Below the pieces are notes generated by a model. The model searched no databases and was not told the origin of the DNA. It was given only the letters and a program-made list of their open reading frames with translations. From Chloroflexota bacterium (GTDB lineage: Bacteria; Chloroflexota; Limnocylindria; Limnocylindrales; Limnocylindraceae), in the NCBI GenBank assembly GCA_041176225.1, contig JBEDDM010000001.1, forward strand, positions 20,405-84,404: 64,000 nt of DNA. Direction: 5' to 3'. Shown in pieces: positions 31,371-40,601 of the stretch (positions within the stretch are counted from its first letter, which is position 1; every line of letters starts with the position of its first letter). The position numbers and the translations under genes were made by a program.

Positions 31371-32519
31371 ATGAGTCTCGGATCTTCGGTCACGCGTGGG
31401 CCGTTCGGTGCGGCGAGTTGGATCGGCAGCATCGTCCGTCGCATGGATTGGCTTGCAACCTCTGGGATGTTGCTCTTGATGCTCTCCGGAATCGGCATGG
31501 CGTGGATCAATGCACGGAGCTACGACCAAGAGCTGTTGAGCCTCTCGTCAATCTTCTTGCGCTCCATCATCTGGACGCTCCTCGGGCTGGCCACCTTTGC
31601 AGTCACCACCGCGATCAACTGGCGTTGGATTCGCACGTTTGCATGGCCGCTTTACGCAGCGAATCTACTGCTGCTGGTTGCAACGTTGATCTTCGGTCAA
31701 GACTCAGGGGGAAACTCCCGCGCGATCGCGATCTTCGGGATCGCCATCCAGTCGAGCGAGGTTGCAAAGATCCTGACGCTTGTGGCGCTCGCCACTGTGC
31801 TGACACGTGATAATGCACAGCCAGACGATCTGAACGCAACGCTCCTCGCTGTGATCGTTGTTGCGGCACCGTTCCTCTTGGTTGCGGTGCAGCCAGACGC
31901 AGGGACCGCCGTGATCATCCTCGCCGCACTCTTCGGCGCGCTACTTCTTTACGGTGTGGCTACGCGCTGGGTTGCTGCGCTCGCCGCACTCGGCGTGCTG
32001 GCGGTGCCGTTTGCTTGGGCCTTCTTGATCGCGGATTATCAGAAGGAGCGACTGATCGCCTTTATTGATCCGAATGCAGACCCTGCAGGGCCGAAGTATC
32101 AACTCACGCAAGCGCTCGACGCGATTTCCAGCGGCGGGCTTTTTGGGATCGGCTTTGACGGAACTGGGAGCATCGCGCCACTCCCCGTACAAGAGAGCGA
32201 CTTCGTCTTTGCGGCGCTCGTTCGAAGTTTCGGAGCGTTTGGCGGCCTGCTGATTATTGCGCTGCTCGGCCTGATCGTGATCCGGCTGATTTGGCACGCG
32301 TGGGAGGCTGAGGATCGCTTTGGCATCGTCCTTGCGGGAGGGCTCGCGGCGATCTTCCTGATCCAGGCGGGGGTCAACATTGGAATGAACCTCGGGATGG
32401 CGCCAATTACAGGGATCCCCCTCCCCTTTGTGAGCTACGGCGGCGCCTCACTGATCTCCCTTTCCTTTGGGCTTGGCCTCGTACAGAGCCATCGGGTGCA
32501 TCAGGGGGGCGGCGCCTAG
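31371..32519 (+). CDS. rodA: SEDS-family peptidoglycan polymerase RodA/FtsW
   Basis: 382 aa; 10-TM SEDS pattern (…SDFVFAAL…PFVSYGGASL…). Confidence 0.9.
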   Translation: MSLGSSVTRGPFGAASWIGSIVRRMDWLATSGMLLLMLSGIGMAWINARSYDQELLSLSSIFLRSIIWTLLGLATFAVTTAINWRWIRTFAWPLYAANLLLLVATLIFGQDSGGNSRAIAIFGIAIQSSEVAKILTLVALATVLTRDNAQPDDLNATLLAVIVVAAPFLLVAVQPDAGTAVIILAALFGALLLYGVATRWVAALAALGVLAVPFAWAFLIADYQKERLIAFIDPNADPAGPKYQLTQALDAISSGGLFGIGFDGTGSIAPLPVQESDFVFAALVRSFGAFGGLLIIALLGLIVIRLIWHAWEAEDRFGIVLAGGLAAIFLIQAGVNIGMNLGMAPITGIPLPFVSYGGASLISLSFGLGLVQSHRVHQGGGA

Positions 32520-32529
32520 GGGTGCGCCA

Positions 32530-32548
32530 GGCGTGCCGTGAGCACGCC
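32530..32548 (+). terminator. Possible GC-rich hairpin after rodA (GGCGTGC-cgtga-GCACGCC), with no U-tract
   Basis: Inverted repeat seen directly in the sequence, 10 nt after the rodA stop. Confidence 0.25.
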
Positions 32549-32563
32549 CTGAGCGTGCCGCGG

Positions 32564-32593
32564 TTGACGAGGGAGCGCGGGTACACCTAGACT
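32564..32593 (+). promoter_or_regulatory. Putative sigma-70-type promoter for rplU-rpmA (TTGACG - 18 nt - TAGACT)
   Basis: TTGACG at 32564-32569 and TAGACT at 32588-32593, about 90 nt upstream of the rplU ATG. Confidence 0.4.
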
Positions 32594-32680
32594 CTCCCTC
32601 CCGCGCCTGACCTCTTCGTCAGCCCGCGACACGGTGGCTCGGCCGCCGCGGAAGTCTCGAATAAGAAGGGTGAATTAAGC

Positions 32681-33214
32681 ATGTACGCAGTGATCGAAAC
32701 CGGTGGGAAGCAGTATCGCGTGGAGCTCGGCAGCGAGCTGCACGTTGAGTTGCTCGACGCTACCCCAGGTAGCGAGGTCACCTTCGATCGCGTCCTCCTT
32801 GTGCGCACCGCAACCTCAACAGAGGTTGGAACCCCAGTAGTCAGCGGCGCAAAGGTCACCGCACTCGTGGTTGGCCAGGAGCGCGGCGTAAAGACGATCA
32901 GCTTCAAGTACCGACCAAAGGCGCGCAGCCGCATCACCAAGGGCCACCGCCAAGAGCTGCACCTTATTAAGGTCACAGAAGTTGCAGTGAATGGCACCAG
33001 CGCAAAGGCGCTCTGGGAGGCCGGCGCTGCAGAGCGCGAACAGGCGAAGGCTGCATCAAAGGCTGCCGCCGCTGAAAAGGCGAAGGCCGACGCCGCGCTC
33101 GCCGAGAAGTTGAAGGTGGAAGCGCCTGCGGAGAAGAGCGCACCAAAGAAGACGGCGGCGAAGAAGCCAGCTGCAAAGAAGACGGCGGCGAAGAAGCCAG
33201 CTGACGCTGAATAA
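32681..33214 (+). CDS. rplU: 50S ribosomal protein L21 with a ~70-aa Ala/Lys-rich C-terminal extension
   Basis: MYAVIETGGKQYRVE… core (about 105 aa), then …AKAASKAAAAEKAKADAALAEKLKVEAPAEKSAPKKTAAKKPAAKKTAAKKPADAE. Confidence 0.95.
   Translation: MYAVIETGGKQYRVELGSELHVELLDATPGSEVTFDRVLLVRTATSTEVGTPVVSGAKVTALVVGQERGVKTISFKYRPKARSRITKGHRQELHLIKVTEVAVNGTSAKALWEAGAAEREQAKAASKAAAAEKAKADAALAEKLKVEAPAEKSAPKKTAAKKPAAKKTAAKKPADAE
33144..33203 (+). repeat. Perfect 30-bp tandem duplication (caaagaagacggcggcgaagaagccagctg x2) inside the rplU tail
   Basis: Copies at 33144-33173 and 33174-33203; together they encode repeated KKTAAKKPAA. Confidence 0.9.
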
Positions 33215-33246
33215 TCAAGTAGTCGCAAGAAACCAAGGAGGACGTC

Positions 33247-33513
33247 ATGGCACATAAGAAGGCAGGATCAAGCAGCCGCAACGGACGCGACAGCGCTGGC
33301 CAGCGCCTTGGCGTGAAGGTTGGCGACGGCGAGTTCATCAATGCAGGCGGCATCATTGTGCGCCAGCGTGGAACGCAGTTCGCCGCAGGGCGCGGCGTTG
33401 GCCTTGGTAGCGACTACACCATCTATGCAACCGTCACAGGTCGCGTGAAGTTTGACTACGCGTCGCGCTTGAAGAAGCGCGTCAACGTGGTCGCCTCCGC
33501 GCCGGACGCCTAG
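33247..33513 (+). CDS. rpmA: 50S ribosomal protein L27
   Basis: [24 protein letters not shown]… matches L27. Confidence 0.95.
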   Translation: MAHKKAGSSSRNGRDSAGQRLGVKVGDGEFINAGGIIVRQRGTQFAAGRGVGLGSDYTIYATVTGRVKFDYASRLKKRVNVVASAPDA

Positions 33514-33523
33514 AGAGCCGCTG

Positions 33524-33733
33524 ATGAAGCCGGAGATTCATCCCAAGTACAACCAGATCGAGATCACGTGTCTCGCATGCAGCACCAAGTTCAGCGTTGG
33601 TTCAACGCGCACGAGCGAGATGAAGACCGAAGTCTGCTCGAACTGCCACCCGTTCTTTACGGGGAAGCAGATCTTGCTCGACACCGCTGGACAGGTGGAG
33701 CGATTCCAGAAGCGCCTCGGGCGCTCGCGCTGA
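33524..33733 (+). CDS. rpmE: 50S ribosomal protein L31 (zinc-ribbon type)
   Basis: MKPEIHPKY…; CLAC…CSNCH cysteine motif. Confidence 0.95.
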   Translation: MKPEIHPKYNQIEITCLACSTKFSVGSTRTSEMKTEVCSNCHPFFTGKQILLDTAGQVERFQKRLGRSR

Positions 33734-33738
33734 TCTCC

Positions 33739-34770
33739 ATGCGACGCCACTGTGGCGTCGTTGCTCGACGCGCATCACACCTCATCGCACTGGCGCTCGC
33801 GGCTGTCGCTGCGCCCACTCGCACGTTGGCGTATGGCGGACAGGCGCTTGTAGACGGCATCCTGATGCGCGGACCGATGCACATCGGTGTGGCGATTCGC
33901 GTTCCAGACGGCAGCATCCTCACCACGAGCGAGCAGCTTCCTAACGGACGAGTGCGCCAGCTTGCGGCGCGACTCCCGATTGCGCGCGGTGTGGTGATCC
34001 TTGTTGAGACGCTGATCCTTGGGAGTCGATGGTTGATGCACAGCGCAGAGATATCGACTGGCCAGGCGAGCATTGGCGTCAAGAGCAGTAGATCCGACCG
34101 CGCGATCTCAGGCGTGACGGTGGTGCTTACCTTTGCCTTTGTGATTGCGCTTTTCAATATCATCCCCGCACTCGGCGCATCGTTTGCGCTTGGCGCTGCC
34201 GGGTTTGATTCACTGCTTGCGGAGCGCGTGTTGGACGGCGTGTTGCAGATCGGTGTACTTCTTGCGTATCTCACGCTTGCTGGGCGTAGTCGCGACATTG
34301 ATCGAACATATCGATATCACGGAGCAGAGCACCGGGCGATCCACGCGCTGGAGAACGGCGCCGCGTTGACGCGCGCCGAACTCACTCGATGGCCAACAGC
34401 GCACCCGCGTTGCGGCACCGAGTTCCTCGTTGTGGTGATCCTTGTCAGCCTGGTGAGCTTCTCGCTTCTTGGCCGACTCGATGCGCTCGCTACTGTGGCG
34501 AGCCGCGTGATCGGCATCCCGCTCGTTGCGGGAGTCTCCTACGAAATCTTGCGACTCCTTGGGAAGTACCGCACCAATCCGATCGCCCGTGCGTTGGCCG
34601 CCCCCGGACTCGCCGTGCAGCGAATCACCACGCGCAAGCCTGACGACGAGATGCATGACGTGGCCATTGCCGCGCTCACGGTGGCGGTAGAGGCGGAAGG
34701 CGGAAGCGCACCCGCAGGATCCGAGCGCCCGGCGTGGGGGAGCCTGACGGCGGAGGCGCCACATGGCTGA
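33739..34770 (+). CDS. DUF1385 family membrane-associated protein (YqhQ-like, commonly upstream of prfA)
   Basis: The track ORF (33568..34770) overlaps rpmE out of frame; an internal Met at 33739 sits 6 nt after the rpmE stop. Conserved …YHGAEH… motif and hydrophobic segments. Confidence 0.7.
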   Translation: MRRHCGVVARRASHLIALALAAVAAPTRTLAYGGQALVDGILMRGPMHIGVAIRVPDGSILTTSEQLPNGRVRQLAARLPIARGVVILVETLILGSRWLMHSAEISTGQASIGVKSSRSDRAISGVTVVLTFAFVIALFNIIPALGASFALGAAGFDSLLAERVLDGVLQIGVLLAYLTLAGRSRDIDRTYRYHGAEHRAIHALENGAALTRAELTRWPTAHPRCGTEFLVVVILVSLVSFSLLGRLDALATVASRVIGIPLVAGVSYEILRLLGKYRTNPIARALAAPGLAVQRITTRKPDDEMHDVAIAALTVAVEAEGGSAPAGSERPAWGSLTAEAPHG

Positions 34771-35848
34771 CCTCGCACAACTTGAGGCACGACTAGCGAT
34801 CGCACTGCGCACCCGAGCGGAGCTAGAGGAGCAGCTCACACAGCCAGAGGTGCTTGCAGACCACACGGCGCTTGCACGAATCGGGCGCGAACTTTCGCGC
34901 ACCGCACCGCTCGCAGAAACGGCGGCGGCTCTCACAGACGCACGTGCACGTCAGACGGATGCAAAGGGGATGGAGCTTGACCCTGGCGCGGACGCGGAGA
35001 TGCGGGCTCTTGCCGCTGCAGAGCGAGCCGCCGCGGAGGAGATTGAGCGCGACATTATTGAGCGACTTCCCGCACTCCTCCTTGATCCAGATCCGAACGA
35101 CGGAAAGGACGTGCTCATTGAGGTTCGTCCTGGGGCGGGTGGTGACGAAGCGGGGATCTTCGCCGGTGAACTCTTCCGTGCATACCTGCGGTACGCCGAA
35201 CGACGCGGCTGGAAGGTTGAAGTAGACGGACTGAGCGAGACGGCACTCGGTGGCGTGCGTGAGGCGATGGCCGAGGTGAGTGGGACCGGTGCATGGGCCG
35301 CCTTCAAATGGGAGTCGGGGGTGCATCGCATTCAGCGCGTCCCCGCCACCGAATCTTCTGGACGCATCCACACCAGCACCGCCACGGTGGTGGTACTCCC
35401 AGTCGCAGAGGCGGTGGACTTCGTCATTCCAGAGGGTGACATTCGCATTGATGTGAAGCGCGCCTCCGGCCACGGCGGTCAAGGCGTCAACACCACAGAC
35501 TCCGCCGTTCGCATCACGCACATTCCGAGCGGCACGGTGGTTGAAATGCAAGACGAGCGCAGCCAGTTGCGCAATAAAGAGAAGGGGCTCGCAATCTTGC
35601 GCAGCAGACTCCTAGCCGCAGAAGAGGAGCGTAAGCGCAGTGCGAACTCTGTTGCTCGCAAGGCGCTCATTGGAAGCGGCGATCGAAGCGAAAAGATTCG
35701 CACCTACAACGGTCCGCAGAATCGCGTAACCGATCATCGCATTGGACTAGACAAGTTTGATGTCGATGGCGTGTTGAGCGGCGACCTCTCCGTCTTTCAT
35801 GATGCACTTGCTGCCGCCGAGCAGGCGGAGCGTCTGGCGGGCGAGTGA
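34763..35848 (+). CDS. prfA: Peptide chain release factor 1
   Basis: 361 aa; GGQ motif (SGHGGQGVNTTDSAVRITHIPSG) and PxT-type decoding region; overlaps the upstream stop by 8 nt. Confidence 0.95.
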   Translation: MADLAQLEARLAIALRTRAELEEQLTQPEVLADHTALARIGRELSRTAPLAETAAALTDARARQTDAKGMELDPGADAEMRALAAAERAAAEEIERDIIERLPALLLDPDPNDGKDVLIEVRPGAGGDEAGIFAGELFRAYLRYAERRGWKVEVDGLSETALGGVREAMAEVSGTGAWAAFKWESGVHRIQRVPATESSGRIHTSTATVVVLPVAEAVDFVIPEGDIRIDVKRASGHGGQGVNTTDSAVRITHIPSGTVVEMQDERSQLRNKEKGLAILRSRLLAAEEERKRSANSVARKALIGSGDRSEKIRTYNGPQNRVTDHRIGLDKFDVDGVLSGDLSVFHDALAAAEQAERLAGE

Positions 35849-36966
35849 ACGACCGAGATATCCAAAACGATCGACTCATCCACAGCGAAGCGGACGGACC
35901 AGCACTGCTACGCACCGCCACGGACGCACTTGAAGCTGCAGGGAGTTCGAGCCCGCGCCTCGATGCAGAACTTCTCCTCGCCGCACTGCTCGGTACGCGT
36001 GTTGCCACGTTGCGCACCGCAGTCGCTGCTGGATTTCCACTCCCACTACCGAGCAGCGCACTCTTGCCCGAACCAGAACCACTCAGCGAGCGACACCCTG
36101 AGCTTTCGGAAGCGCTGCGCGCGGCACGCGCCGCGCTCGCCGCAGGTGACGCACCCGCCGCACTCGCAGCGCTGGTGAGTGAACGCGCGAAGGGCCGACC
36201 AGTGAGTCATCTCACCGGCACGCGCGGTTTTCGTGCACTCGAACTTCTTGTCACACCAGATGTGTTGGACCCGCGTCCAGAGAGCGAACTCCTTGTTGAG
36301 ACGGCACTCGCCTATTTGGCTGACCGCGCCGCTGCCGCGCGCACACTGGGACGTGCACCTCAACCACTGAACGCTGCGGAGATTGGCACGGGGAGCGGGG
36401 CGATTGCGCTCGCGCTTGTGACCGAGTCACCCGTCCCTCTGCGCTTTACCGCCACCGACCTTTCGGGGGATGCGCTCGCAGTTGCACGAGCAAACGCGCT
36501 CCGTTCCGGCGTTGCATCGCGAGTGACGTTCTTGCACGGCGATCTTGCTGAACCACTCCTTGCGGGCCGTGCCCCAGGGGATCCACCGCACCTTGATCTC
36601 CTTGTCGCCAACCTCCCGTATGTGCCGACGGCCGAAGTGGATGCGGCAAAAGACGCCGCCCGCTTCCAGCGCGCAGGACAGCGGGACGAGACCGCCGCCC
36701 CGCTTAGCCTCGCCGAAGTGGCGATCGCCGCCGAGCCGCGCATGGCGCTCGACGGCGGGAGCGACGGCCTTGAGTGCATTCGCCGCCTGATCGCCGAGCT
36801 TCCACGACTCCTTCGCCCAGGTGGTGCGGCGGCACTCGAGTTTGGCGATGGTCAAGCCGACGCGGTGAGCGCACTCGTCGCCGGCCTCGGCCTTGGGTGG
36901 CGCTGCAGCATTCGCGGAGATCTCTCGGGACGCGCACGCGTCGCGGAGATCCGCCGTAGCGGCTAG
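35845..36966 (+). CDS. prmC: Release-factor glutamine N5-methyltransferase PrmC/HemK, with an extended N-terminal region
   Basis: GTGA start/stop overlap with prfA; MTase motif I (EIGTGSGAIAL) and …ANLPYV… substrate motif; 373 aa versus a typical ~280. Confidence 0.85.
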   Translation: MNDRDIQNDRLIHSEADGPALLRTATDALEAAGSSSPRLDAELLLAALLGTRVATLRTAVAAGFPLPLPSSALLPEPEPLSERHPELSEALRAARAALAAGDAPAALAALVSERAKGRPVSHLTGTRGFRALELLVTPDVLDPRPESELLVETALAYLADRAAAARTLGRAPQPLNAAEIGTGSGAIALALVTESPVPLRFTATDLSGDALAVARANALRSGVASRVTFLHGDLAEPLLAGRAPGDPPHLDLLVANLPYVPTAEVDAAKDAARFQRAGQRDETAAPLSLAEVAIAAEPRMALDGGSDGLECIRRLIAELPRLLRPGGAAALEFGDGQADAVSALVAGLGLGWRCSIRGDLSGRARVAEIRRSG

Positions 36967-36975
36967 GTTGAGCAG

Positions 36976-37833
36976 ATGAGTGATTCACCGATCAAGTTGC
37001 TGGTCATGGATCTTGATGGCACGCTGCTCCCCCATGGCGGTGCGATCTCCGTGCGCACCGCTGCCGCAATCCGTGCGGCACGCGAGCGCGGGGTGATCAC
37101 CACGATCTCCTCGGGTCGAAACATCCCAAGCTTTATTGAGTACGCACGAACTGCGGGCGTGAATGGACCGCTCATTGGCATGCAAGGAGCGATCGCGCGC
37201 GAGCTGCCAGCACCTGGCGAGACCGGAAGCGGCGCGCTGCTTCGGCATGTGCCGTTCACTTCAACACTTGCCGCACGTGCCGTTGAGTGGTGCCGACAGA
37301 ATGATCTTTGGGGACACGCCGTCATTCAAGACGACTACGCTTTTGATGCAACCGACCCGCACTACGAAACGTATCAAGGCTGGCTTGCGGGTAACTCTGT
37401 TGAGCGTCTGCACTCGATCAAGGATCTCGCGCATCACCTGCGTCAAAAAAACGATGAGATCTCCAAAATCGTCGCGCACGCGCCCGCCGGTCACCCAGAG
37501 ACGGTGTTGGAGCAAGCACGCGAAGCCTTTGGTGGAGAGCTCGACATCACGATCAGCCACCCCGAGTACTTGGAGTTCACTGCACCTGGCGTCAATAAAG
37601 GGACGGCCCTCGCGTGGCTTGCGTCGCGCCTCAACATCCCGCTCGCGGAGACCATGGCGATTGGCGACCAGCACAACGACCTTGAGATGCTGCTCGCCGC
37701 AGGCCACGGCGTGGCGATGCATGGCGCCCCTGAGCCAGTTCAGCGCGCCGCACGCTACCTCGCACCACCGAGCGAAGCGGACGGCGCCGCGCGAATGATT
37801 GAGCGCCTGATTCTCGGTTTGGACGGAGAATAG
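36976..37833 (+). CDS. HAD-superfamily hydrolase, Cof-like (subfamily IIB)
   Basis: N-terminal DLDGTLL motif and a C-terminal GDQHNDLEML motif. Confidence 0.8.
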   Translation: MSDSPIKLLVMDLDGTLLPHGGAISVRTAAAIRAARERGVITTISSGRNIPSFIEYARTAGVNGPLIGMQGAIARELPAPGETGSGALLRHVPFTSTLAARAVEWCRQNDLWGHAVIQDDYAFDATDPHYETYQGWLAGNSVERLHSIKDLAHHLRQKNDEISKIVAHAPAGHPETVLEQAREAFGGELDITISHPEYLEFTAPGVNKGTALAWLASRLNIPLAETMAIGDQHNDLEMLLAAGHGVAMHGAPEPVQRAARYLAPPSEADGAARMIERLILGLDGE

Positions 37834-37837
37834 GGGC

Positions 37838-39187
37838 ATGAATTCGCGACCCACACCAGAGGAGATCCAGGCGCAGCGAGATCCGCGTGCCGATCAGTCG
37901 CTGCGCGAGGTTGACCCTGCGCTGAACGCGATCCTTGAACGCGAAGCGGTGCGCCAGCGCGATCATATTGAGCTGATCGCCTCTGAGAATTACGCCTACG
38001 CCGCAGTTCGCGAGGCACAGGGAACGATTCTCACCAACAAGTACGCCGAGGGATACCCCGGGAAGCGCTACTACGCCGGGTGTGAACACATTGACTCCGT
38101 TGAAGATCTCGCCCGCACACGCGCGCTGCAACTCTTCCCTGGGAGCGAGCATGTGAACGTGCAGCCACACTCTGGAGCCTCCGCGAACATCGCCGCATTC
38201 GATACGTTGATGAAGCCAGGTGATCCGTTTGTTGCCATGAGCCTCTCCCAAGGCGGTCACCTTTCGCACGGCGCCTCTGTCAACGTCTCTGGGAAGTGGT
38301 TCACGCCGCACTTCTACGGCGTGCGCGAAGACGACGGCCTCATTGATTGGGAGGGAGTCGAGCGCGCCGTTGCCGAGGCGAAGCCGAAGGCGCTGATCGC
38401 TGGCGCATCCGCGTACCCACGCACACTCGACTTCAAACGATTCGCAGAGATCGCCCACGCTGCGGGGGCAAAACTGATGGTGGACATGGCGCACATTTCA
38501 GGCGTGATTGCGGCAGGGCTCCACCCTTCACCATTCCCGCACGCAGACGTTGTCACCAGCACCACGCACAAGACGCTGCGTGGTCCGCGCGGTGGAATCG
38601 CCTTTGGTCGCGGCGCAGACGGCGCCGCCATTGATAAGAGTGTCTTCCCTGGGAGCCAGGGCGGCCCACTGATGCACGTTATTGGTGCAAAGGCGGTCGC
38701 CTTCTCACTCGCACGTGAACCAGAATTCCGAAGTTATATGAAGCGCACGCTCCAGAACGCGCAGGTGCTCGCCGCCGCACTGAAGTCGAACGGATTCGGC
38801 GTGGTGACCGGCGGAACAGATAATCACCTCATCCTCTGCGACGTCACACCACTCGGTGTCACTGGGAAAGAGGCGACCGCCGCGCTAGAAACCGCAGGGA
38901 TCACGATCAACAAGAACAGCATTCCGGGTGAAACGCGTTCGCCGATGGTGACGAGCGGCGTTCGCTACGGCACGCCTGCAGCGACCACGCGCGGCATGGG
39001 CTCCGCTGAAATGGAACAGATTGCCGTCTGGTCAGCAGAGGCGATCGCGCGCCGCGAAGATCCTACGGCACTTGCACGTATTGAGGCCGAAGTGATCAAG
39101 ATGGCGCGCGCCTTCCCAGTCCCTGGTGCCGACGCGTCAGCGCTTGCACAAGCAGGCGACGCGCAACCTTCACGCAGCACAACATGA
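37838..39187 (+). CDS. glyA: Serine hydroxymethyltransferase
   Basis: 449 aa; PLP-lysine region …VVTSTTHKTLRGPRGG…. Confidence 0.95.
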   Translation: MNSRPTPEEIQAQRDPRADQSLREVDPALNAILEREAVRQRDHIELIASENYAYAAVREAQGTILTNKYAEGYPGKRYYAGCEHIDSVEDLARTRALQLFPGSEHVNVQPHSGASANIAAFDTLMKPGDPFVAMSLSQGGHLSHGASVNVSGKWFTPHFYGVREDDGLIDWEGVERAVAEAKPKALIAGASAYPRTLDFKRFAEIAHAAGAKLMVDMAHISGVIAAGLHPSPFPHADVVTSTTHKTLRGPRGGIAFGRGADGAAIDKSVFPGSQGGPLMHVIGAKAVAFSLAREPEFRSYMKRTLQNAQVLAAALKSNGFGVVTGGTDNHLILCDVTPLGVTGKEATAALETAGITINKNSIPGETRSPMVTSGVRYGTPAATTRGMGSAEMEQIAVWSAEAIARREDPTALARIEAEVIKMARAFPVPGADASALAQAGDAQPSRSTT

Positions 39188-40224
39188 TCTTCGCTGCCGC
39201 AGCGCTTGTCGCTGCGTTGACAGCTGGTATGGGAACGCTCGTGATGCGCGCGATCGCGCGAAAGTACAACATTGCCGATCACCCGAGCGAGCGAAGGATT
39301 AACACCAAACCAGTGCCGCGAGCAGGCGGCCTCGCCGTTGCAGGTGCGTTCGCGCTGATCGGAACACTTCTTGTGATCTTCTCCGCGCAACTCGGACTCA
39401 GCGCAGGAAGTGGTTCGGCGGAACTGACGAGTGATGGCGCCGCTGCACTCTTGCTCGGTACGGTGATCGCTGGAGTGATCGGACTGATTGACGACCGTTA
39501 CGATCTGCGCGCGCGCTGGCAGATCATTGGACAGTTTCTGATTGCGCTAATCCCAATCGCCTTTGGGTTGCGGATCGCCTTCATCTCAAATCCGCTCGGC
39601 GCGGGCGACCTCCTCTTCCCCGACGCGATCGCGCTTGGCGTCACGATCTTCTGGACGCTCGGCATGCAGAACAGCATGAATTTCATTGACGGACTGGACG
39701 GACTCTCTGGAGGGATCTCGCTCTTCGCCGCTGTCACACTCGGCGTCATCGCACTCCCAACAAGTCCGCTGCTCGCCGCGCTCAGCTTTACGCTCGCGGG
39801 CGCACTCGCCGGTTTCTTGCGCTTCAACTTCTACCCGGCATCCATCTATATGGGGACGAGCGGCATTCTCGCGGTGGCGTACGCGCTGGCCGTCCTTGCA
39901 CTTCTCGGTACGGCGAAGGTGGCCGCGGCGCTTCTCATCCTTGGCGTGCCCATTATTGATGCACTCTTTGTCATCGTTGGGCGAATCGTCGCCGGACGAT
40001 CTCCATATACGCCGGACGAGAGCCACATCCATCGCCGCCTCCTCAGCTACGGCTTCTCGCACCGCGGCTCCGTCCTCGTCCTCTATGCCCTTACCGCAGC
40101 ACTCTCCATCCTTGCGCTCCTCCTGACTGGAAGCGCCACGCTCTACGCCTTCATGGGCCTCTTGGTGGTACTTGGCGGCGTGGTCGCTTACCTCTCTCGT
40201 GCAACCGAGCGGACCTCCAAGTGA
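39184..40224 (+). CDS. Polyprenyl-phosphate N-acetylhexosamine-1-phosphate transferase (WecA/TagO/Rfe-like, MraY family)
   Basis: 11-TM protein with …DDRYDL… and NFIDGLDGL motifs; ATGA overlap with glyA. Its position immediately before atpI-atpB mirrors the actinobacterial rfe-atp arrangement. Confidence 0.75.
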   Translation: MIFAAAALVAALTAGMGTLVMRAIARKYNIADHPSERRINTKPVPRAGGLAVAGAFALIGTLLVIFSAQLGLSAGSGSAELTSDGAAALLLGTVIAGVIGLIDDRYDLRARWQIIGQFLIALIPIAFGLRIAFISNPLGAGDLLFPDAIALGVTIFWTLGMQNSMNFIDGLDGLSGGISLFAAVTLGVIALPTSPLLAALSFTLAGALAGFLRFNFYPASIYMGTSGILAVAYALAVLALLGTAKVAAALLILGVPIIDALFVIVGRIVAGRSPYTPDESHIHRRLLSYGFSHRGSVLVLYALTAALSILALLLTGSATLYAFMGLLVVLGGVVAYLSRATERTSK

Positions 40225-40601
40225 GCCTCCCTGAGCGTGCCCCTGGAGAGCAGCGCGAGAGTCAGACCCCTCGGCTAGAATCGCCGCGGAACCCCAACGA
40301 GCCGCCTGCGGAGGCTGCCTTCGAAGGGAAGAGCGCCTACCTCGTGCTCTTCTCGCAGATCGGCGCAATGCTCCTCGTGGCGAACCTTGGTGGGGCACTC
40401 CTCGGGAACTGGCTGGACGGGCTTCTTGGGAGTGGACCACTCTTCTTGGTGGTTGGATTCCTCGGGGGCTTCGCGGTCGGCTCGATCGGAGCGGCACGCA
40501 CCGTCCGCCGGGCGCTGAACATGATTGACGAAGAGGATCGCCGGCGACGAGAGAAGAAACTAGAGGCGCGAGTCAACGAGAAGTCTGGAAGGAGCGAGTA
40601 G
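40221..40601 (+). CDS. ATP synthase protein I-like small membrane protein (AtpI/AtpZ family)
   Basis: 126 aa, 2 TM helices; GTGA overlap with the upstream gene and TAGTG overlap with atpB. Confidence 0.5.
   Translation: MSLPERAPGEQRESQTPRLESPRNPNEPPAEAAFEGKSAYLVLFSQIGAMLLVANLGGALLGNWLDGLLGSGPLFLVVGFLGGFAVGSIGAARTVRRALNMIDEEDRRRREKKLEARVNEKSGRSE

Noticed and set aside
33568-34770. 400-aa ORF overlapping rpmE out of frame
   Set aside because: The start is mis-extended; an internal Met at 33739 sits immediately after the rpmE stop, which is the usual DUF1385 arrangement.
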